Positions 7,229 to 12,339 of a DNA stretch of 12,339 nucleotides are shown here, in pieces. A model generated the notes under the pieces. It was not told where the DNA came from and searched no databases. It saw only the letters and a list, made by a program, of their open reading frames with translations. Position 1 is the first letter of the stretch; every line of letters starts with the position of its first letter. Made by a program: the position numbers and the translations under genes. This stretch comes from Armatimonadota bacterium (GTDB lineage Bacteria > Vulcanimicrobiota > JACPDS01 > JBDRKI01), in contig JBDRKI010000040.1 in NCBI GenBank assembly GCA_043814095.1, forward strand, positions 1 through 12,339, read 5' to 3'.

Positions 7229-9454
7229 TTAATTTTTACGGGACACGGCGGAGTCCGCAAAATCTTCCAAAAGCTTTCTTACTTCCGCATAGCTGTGCAG
7301 GCTGTACTTGGCATATGTTGAACCGAGCCCCACTTTTATGGAATACGCCCTCTTGGGGAGCGACCTGAACATATCTTCATCCGTATGATCATCCCCTATC
7401 CCCATTATAAAATCAGGCTTGTTTCTGGAAACCCAGTTAAGGGAGGCATTTCCCTTATCCACGCCGGCGCACCTTACCTCTATTACTTTATTTCCCTGCA
7501 GAACCTGAACATTTATGCTGCGCGTAAGCTCCATAAGGTTGTCAAGAAGCTCTTTTGCCCGCAATGAAGCTTGTTCCGGATCCGCCTTCCGGTAATGCCA
7601 CGCGACGGAGTAATCCTTATCCTCAACAAAAGACCCGGGCAGTCGGTCTGAATATACTTCCATTAAAGGATGAACCTGATCCTTCCAGTCTTTTGAAAGA
7701 GGCTTTAACATCTTCCAGTCGTTCTCCCCCTGCTCTTTAATCCATGCGCCGTGCTCCGCAACAAGCGCGACCGGAACTGACGCAAACCACTGGCCCAGGG
7801 TTTCTTTGTCTCTGCCGCTTATTATAATAACCTGAGTTTTCGGATCTTCCGAAAGCTCTCTTAAAAGAACAAGCAGCTCCTGCGGCGGCTTCGCAAGCTG
7901 AGGATGTTTCGCGAAAGGAACAAGCGACCCGTCATAATCAAGAAGAAGGATCCTGTGTTTGGCCTTTTTAAACTTAAGAACAAGTTCTTCTCTGGCTTCT
8001 TTATCTAACAGGTTTGCGGCCATATGCTCCTGCTCTTTCCTTACTTCAAAGAGTTCATTCATAAACTCTTCCGCCCACTTAACAACATCATATCTTTTTA
8101 TGCGCGTCTGCATAACTTCATTGCGGTGCAGCTGCTCTTCAACCGGCATCTCCAGCGCCCTTTTAATGGCATCGGCGATCTCCTGCCTGTTATTCGGATT
8201 TATGATTATCGCCTCGCCCAGCTCTTTTGCCGCGCCGGCCATTTCGCTTAATATAAGGACCCCTGTTTTATCCGACCTGCTTGCTATGTACTCTTTCGCC
8301 ACAAGGTTCATGCCGTCGCGAAGGGGAGTAACAAGCGCGACATCGCTTACGCTGTAAAGCGCCACAAGAGGCTCAAATGACACAAACCTGTACTGGTAGA
8401 TTATAGGCGTCCAGTTAACCGTCCCGAATTTTCCGTTAATCTTCCCGACAAGCTCGTCAATCTGTCTTTTCATTTGCTGGTAGCGCTCAACACCCACACG
8501 CGAAGGCACAACTACCGCAACAAGAACTACCTTTTCGCGCCAATCGGGATTTTGTTCTAAAAACACCTCATAGCCCTGTAGCCTGTTAACAAGCCCCTTG
8601 GAATAATCCAGCCTGTCAACGGAAAGCACTGTTTTAAAATTCCTGAAGGTTTTTTTAAGTTCTATTTTTTCCTTCTGAACGCCGCCAACAGTTATGGCGT
8701 CATTAAACCGCTTGAAATCAACGCCCATGGGAAAAGTGTCCGCTTTAACAACGCGGTTATCAACAATAACTTCTCCCATATTATGTTTTAACCCCAGAAT
8801 TCTCAAAAGGCAGCTTAAAAAATGGCGCGTATAATCATGGGTATGAAAACCTACAAGATCGGATCCCATCAATCCCTCAAGTATCTCCGCTCGCCAGTCG
8901 CTCGGTATAAGCTGGAATATCTCCGAGGACGGAAACGGTATATGCAGGAAAAATCCTATGGGCGCGTTCGGCATCCTCTCCCTTATGAGTTTGGGTAAAA
9001 GCATAAGGTGGTAGTCCTGCACCCATACAACATCATTTGGCTGTATAATTTCCATCAACGCATCAAAAAAAGTTTCGTTTACCCTTTTATAATTCTCCCA
9101 GAGATCTTCGCTGTAAGTGGCATAAGACGGAAAATAATGGAACAGAGGCCATATAAGTTTATTGCAGAAACCCAGATAAAACTTATCCATTACTTTTTCC
9201 GAGATGTAAACAGGATAAGCGTTGTGCTCATTTAAAGCTTTTTCCTTTAATTCCCCTTTTAACCTGTCGGGAACGGCAATCCCCGGCCAGCCGACCCAAA
9301 CATATTCGGCCTTGCTAAAAGACGATTTTTTCAAAGAATCAAGGTATGAACTTATCCCGGTAACAAGCCCGCCAACGCTTTCTTTAAATTCCATACTGCC
9401 GCCCTTTATTGAAACCGTAACGGGAAGGCGGTTTGACACAACCAATAATCTCAT
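7229..9454 (-). CDS. otsAB: Bifunctional trehalose-6-phosphate synthase/phosphatase (GT20 OtsA domain fused to HAD OtsB domain)
   Basis: 741 aa. VVSNRLP, WVGWPG, WVQDYHL, FFLHIPFP, VDRLDYSKG, RDGMNLVAKEY, LSEMAGAA; then LLDYDGSL, ISGR, AEHG, WHYR, GDDHTDEDMF. SD GAGGTG. Confidence 0.95.
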   Translation of the reverse strand: MRLLVVSNRLPVTVSIKGGSMEFKESVGGLVTGISSYLDSLKKSSFSKAEYVWVGWPGIAVPDRLKGELKEKALNEHNAYPVYISEKVMDKFYLGFCNKLIWPLFHYFPSYATYSEDLWENYKRVNETFFDALMEIIQPNDVVWVQDYHLMLLPKLIRERMPNAPIGFFLHIPFPSSEIFQLIPSDWRAEILEGLMGSDLVGFHTHDYTRHFLSCLLRILGLKHNMGEVIVDNRVVKADTFPMGVDFKRFNDAITVGGVQKEKIELKKTFRNFKTVLSVDRLDYSKGLVNRLQGYEVFLEQNPDWREKVVLVAVVVPSRVGVERYQQMKRQIDELVGKINGKFGTVNWTPIIYQYRFVSFEPLVALYSVSDVALVTPLRDGMNLVAKEYIASRSDKTGVLILSEMAGAAKELGEAIIINPNNRQEIADAIKRALEMPVEEQLHRNEVMQTRIKRYDVVKWAEEFMNELFEVRKEQEHMAANLLDKEAREELVLKFKKAKHRILLLDYDGSLVPFAKHPQLAKPPQELLVLLRELSEDPKTQVIIISGRDKETLGQWFASVPVALVAEHGAWIKEQGENDWKMLKPLSKDWKDQVHPLMEVYSDRLPGSFVEDKDYSVAWHYRKADPEQASLRAKELLDNLMELTRSINVQVLQGNKVIEVRCAGVDKGNASLNWVSRNKPDFIMGIGDDHTDEDMFRSLPKRAYSIKVGLGSTYAKYSLHSYAEVRKLLEDFADSAVSRKN

Positions 9455-9540
9455 GCGACACCTCTGAGAAGTTCAAATAAAAATTTACTTTACTTCTTGT
9501 TTATTTGTTAAATTTCTGCGCCGGTAAATCCTTCTTTGTG

Positions 9541-10773
9541 CTATTTCGCATTCTTCGCCAACAGATTTCTGAAAACAAGGTAGGCAATGGAAATGACAAT
9601 TACGGGGAAATGGAAGCAGAACACGACATTCTTCACGGACATTGCTTTTATGGCAAAAGGCACGGCAACGAATCCCAGCCCGAATCCCGATTTTAAAACA
9701 AAATTAGTAAGGGCAAAAACCCTGCCCCTTAAGGAGTCTTTAACCTGCTGGATATAGGTCGCGTAAAAAGTCTGATAGGTGCCGTCGCCGATACCGGCTA
9801 TAAAAGAAGACACTATAATAATAAAAGTTATCTTCGTCTGGAATATCATTATCATCCCGAAAGACATAACGGCGGTAAAGAATATATATAAATTATCGGG
9901 ACGCAGTTTTTTTAAAAAACTCAACTTGTTTAAATAATAAATTCCAGCGAGATTCCCAAACGCCCAGAATGTCAGTATCAGTCCGTAATAGTACATGGGC
10001 GATGACGGATTAATTTCACTTGAAAAAACAGGCCAGCCCAGATTATGGGAAGCGCTGGCGAAAGCGTCCAGCATAAGTATTCCCATGCATATATATATGA
10101 TTTTAGCATTGGGCAGGGTTAAAATCTCTTTGTATGAATTTATCATGTTTTTGAAGCTTAATTTCGGCGCCGGACGGCCGGAAGCCGCGTTTGTTTTAAA
10201 CGCGAGACTTAAAAGAATAACCGCCGAAAGCGCGTATGTCGCGGCATCAAGAATAAAAATTGAATTATAATTATTAAAAAGGTATCTCGCGAAAACGGCG
10301 CACAACCCGCTTGCCGCGATGACTATGTTTCTGCCGCCCGCAAAAATTGAATTTGCCTTTAAAACATCTTTTTCGTTCATAATAACGGGTATCGCCGCTT
10401 GCAGAGATATATCAAACAAGCTGGAGAATATGCCTATAAGCACCATAAGGAAAATAAGGTAGGGATAAAGGTAGGCCTTGGGCATAAAAACAAGAAGAAG
10501 CATAAACACGGCCAGTATAATATCCGAGGCGATCATAAGAAATTTTCTGTTATACCGGTCAGCCAGCTCCCCCATATAAAAAGAAGAAAAAGTCGCCGCT
10601 ATTATTCTTGAGGCAAACGCCACGCCCAGAAAAAAAGCCGAACCCGTAACTTCAAGAATGAATATATTAAGCGCGATCATGTTTAAAAACGTGCCGAAAG
10701 TGGAAATAAGCCGGGCAGAGACCACCCCGTAAAATACCGACGGAACTTTAGATTTATTTTCGCCCATCTTCAT
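9541..10773 (-). CDS. Major facilitator superfamily transporter (efflux-type)
   Basis: 410 aa, about 12 hydrophobic segments. Motif A GELADRYNRK and C-terminal LRGRVFAL. The start could be 10773 or 10767. Overlaps the upstream gene's end. Confidence 0.9.
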   Translation of the reverse strand: MKMGENKSKVPSVFYGVVSARLISTFGTFLNMIALNIFILEVTGSAFFLGVAFASRIIAATFSSFYMGELADRYNRKFLMIASDIILAVFMLLLVFMPKAYLYPYLIFLMVLIGIFSSLFDISLQAAIPVIMNEKDVLKANSIFAGGRNIVIAASGLCAVFARYLFNNYNSIFILDAATYALSAVILLSLAFKTNAASGRPAPKLSFKNMINSYKEILTLPNAKIIYICMGILMLDAFASASHNLGWPVFSSEINPSSPMYYYGLILTFWAFGNLAGIYYLNKLSFLKKLRPDNLYIFFTAVMSFGMIMIFQTKITFIIIVSSFIAGIGDGTYQTFYATYIQQVKDSLRGRVFALTNFVLKSGFGLGFVAVPFAIKAMSVKNVVFCFHFPVIVISIAYLVFRNLLAKNAK

Positions 10774-11944
10774 AATGCCTTTCCTGTTTTTTTAAGGTGT
10801 TCAAGGACTGCTGCGAATAAAGATATTTTGCCGATTTTAATCCGTGTTTTTTTAAAAAACTATCAACATAATGAGAGCCTATGGCGTAAGATACGGCATA
10901 ATATCTCCAGTCTTCTCCGAGATAAAAGCCAATCCAGAAATTTACTTCTTTTTTACTGAAGCCGAATTCCCCGTAAAGAATATCCTCGTACTTTTTATAT
11001 TTTTTCTTTAAAACAAAACGCGAATACCATATATTATACAGCACTTTATGAAAATATTTCTCCGTAAGCCCTTTTATTTTAACTTCCCCGTCCAGAACGC
11101 CTTCAAATAAGATATCAACCGACATCGCAAGCCCTTCATTTATGATTGTCTCAGGCGAATAAAAAGTATCAAGACAGCTAAGCATATCCGCTTTTCTATC
11201 CCTGTACAAAGACTCCTTGATTATATAATAAAAATGATGCCCGGGAGATATCTCATGAGCTATCAACCCTTTAATATAAGCCGAGCCGAGTTCTTTTTTA
11301 AACCTCAGGCCGGCAACGCCCCTATAGCCGCCCTTATAATAATAATAACATTCGGGATACCCTTTGCGGGGTTTCTCAATAATAAGATCAAACTTAGAAA
11401 AAAGCTTTTTAAGATCAACCGGGATATGCCTGCCGAAACTTCTTTTTATCTTAGAAAATGATTTTTTAACTTCTCCGCGCGCAAAGCGTTTAAAATCGTC
11501 GAAGTCTTTAAATTTTACTTTCCTGCCGCGGGCTCTAAAGTCAGCTATGGAGGAAAACCCTTCCTTTTTTAATTCTGCCGCCAGATTTTTTTTAACATCC
11601 TTAAAATTAAAAAGCCCCGGCAGTTTAACGGCAAAGAGATTCTCAACTGCTTTTTTTACGGTATACTTTTTCTTATTCCCGAAAACAAAAATATCGACCT
11701 GAGCAAGGACCGAATCTATTAAATCCCCGCAGTAAGTTCTCCTAAAACAAGGATACTTGTCCGGAAAACCATTTTTTAAATCTTTTTTCAACTTAATAAG
11801 ATTATCGCGGGCATCCGCTGGTTTTATTTTTTTTGAATGCATTAAAAGTTTTTCCGTACCGAAATACGTGTGTATAAGCTCATAATCCTTTATATGGCAG
11901 TCAAATGCAAGAATGTTTTCCAGTATTTTTTCCGCTGCGTCCAT
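10754..11944 (-). CDS. Hypothetical protein, DUF885-like putative zinc metallopeptidase
   Basis: 396 aa. AHEISPGHH, downstream INEGLA and YAVSYAIG mirror the DUF885 motifs HExxPGHH, EGWA and a-s-Y-x-x-G in the same order. No signal peptide. Confidence 0.6.
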   Translation of the reverse strand: MDAAEKILENILAFDCHIKDYELIHTYFGTEKLLMHSKKIKPADARDNLIKLKKDLKNGFPDKYPCFRRTYCGDLIDSVLAQVDIFVFGNKKKYTVKKAVENLFAVKLPGLFNFKDVKKNLAAELKKEGFSSIADFRARGRKVKFKDFDDFKRFARGEVKKSFSKIKRSFGRHIPVDLKKLFSKFDLIIEKPRKGYPECYYYYKGGYRGVAGLRFKKELGSAYIKGLIAHEISPGHHFYYIIKESLYRDRKADMLSCLDTFYSPETIINEGLAMSVDILFEGVLDGEVKIKGLTEKYFHKVLYNIWYSRFVLKKKYKKYEDILYGEFGFSKKEVNFWIGFYLGEDWRYYAVSYAIGSHYVDSFLKKHGLKSAKYLYSQQSLNTLKKQERHYEDGRK

Positions 11945-12337
11945 CTAATTACCCGTAATTCTTTTATAGCAATAGGGGTTCTCGTAAATTGAGCCTCCGA
12001 GTGAATATGCCATGCCCAGACACCCCGACCTGCAGTCTTTTTTGCTTTCGCAGTCCGCGCAGTAGCCGGTCATTTTGGAAACATCATATTTTCTGGTATA
12101 AGTGAAGGAAGAGTCATCATTCCATATATCAATAAGGCTTCTCTTTTTCACGTTTCCCGCGGTAAAATAATCATCCTGCAGGGAAAGGCACCCCTTAACA
12201 TTGCCGTTTTCCTCTATCCCCGCTATATAGCACCCTGCAGAACATCCCGACCACTCGGCGTCCTTAAGTATTTTTTCCGAGTTGCCGTAGCAGTAGCCGA
12301 GAGAATCCGCGGCGAGAATATTTATCTTTTCCCCGTA
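11945..12337 (-). CDS. Radical SAM protein with SPASM domain, C-terminal part (starts beyond the right edge)
   Basis: The frame of the 68-aa ORF is open to the edge: YGEKINILAADSLGYCYGNSEKILKDAEWSGCSAGCYIAGIEENGNVKGCLSLQDDYFTAGNVKKRSLIDIW...CADCESKKDCRSGC-x16-C. This is the SPASM pattern C-x17-C...GN....L.DIW...Cx2Cx5Cx3C-x16-C. Confidence 0.9.
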   Translation of the reverse strand, partial: YGEKINILAADSLGYCYGNSEKILKDAEWSGCSAGCYIAGIEENGNVKGCLSLQDDYFTAGNVKKRSLIDIWNDDSSFTYTRKYDVSKMTGYCADCESKKDCRSGCLGMAYSLGGSIYENPYCYKRITGN

Positions 12338-12339
12338 AT

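Noticed and set aside
7926-7943. HAD motif DYDGSL instead of the usual DYDGTL as a sign of an inactive phosphatase
   Set aside because: The Thr-to-Ser change is conservative. Both Asp residues and the other HAD motifs are intact.
364-11702. Opposite-strand ORFs such as 364-630, 792-1229, 1819-2238, 3421-3675, 4227-4547, 6078-6893, 7959-8357, 9995-10270 and 11364-11702
   Set aside because: They are antisense shadows of well-supported genes and have no recognisable motifs.
11945-12151. 68-aa Cys-rich ORF as a RiPP precursor or stand-alone ferredoxin
   Set aside because: The frame stays open to the window edge. It is the C-terminus of the SPASM protein, and the GTG is internal.
1-12339. CRISPR array, tRNA, rRNA, IS element or prophage
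   Set aside because: No regularly spaced repeats, cloverleaf, or transposase/integrase motifs were seen, and the intergenic gaps are short.

Overview
Bacterial chromosomal window, mostly minus-strand genes. Left to right: 5' part of a DUF4870-like membrane protein; an M23 peptidase with its terminator; a large (Alu-containing) SRP RNA with a sigma70-type promoter; a divergent orphan lipoprotein; a Fur-family regulator plus a DUF5320-like gene, each preceded by the same palindromic Fur-type box; a trehalose/osmostress block (TreT, DUF5752-like protein, an oppositely oriented cation:proton antiporter, fused TPS/TPP); and, at the right edge, a tightly coupled cassette of radical SAM/SPASM enzyme (partial), DUF885-like HExxPGHH metallopeptidase and MFS transporter. 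That cassette is the best candidate for an undescribed system (putative RiPP or peptide-modification pathway; no precursor is visible in the window). All family assignments come from motif recognition, not database searches.
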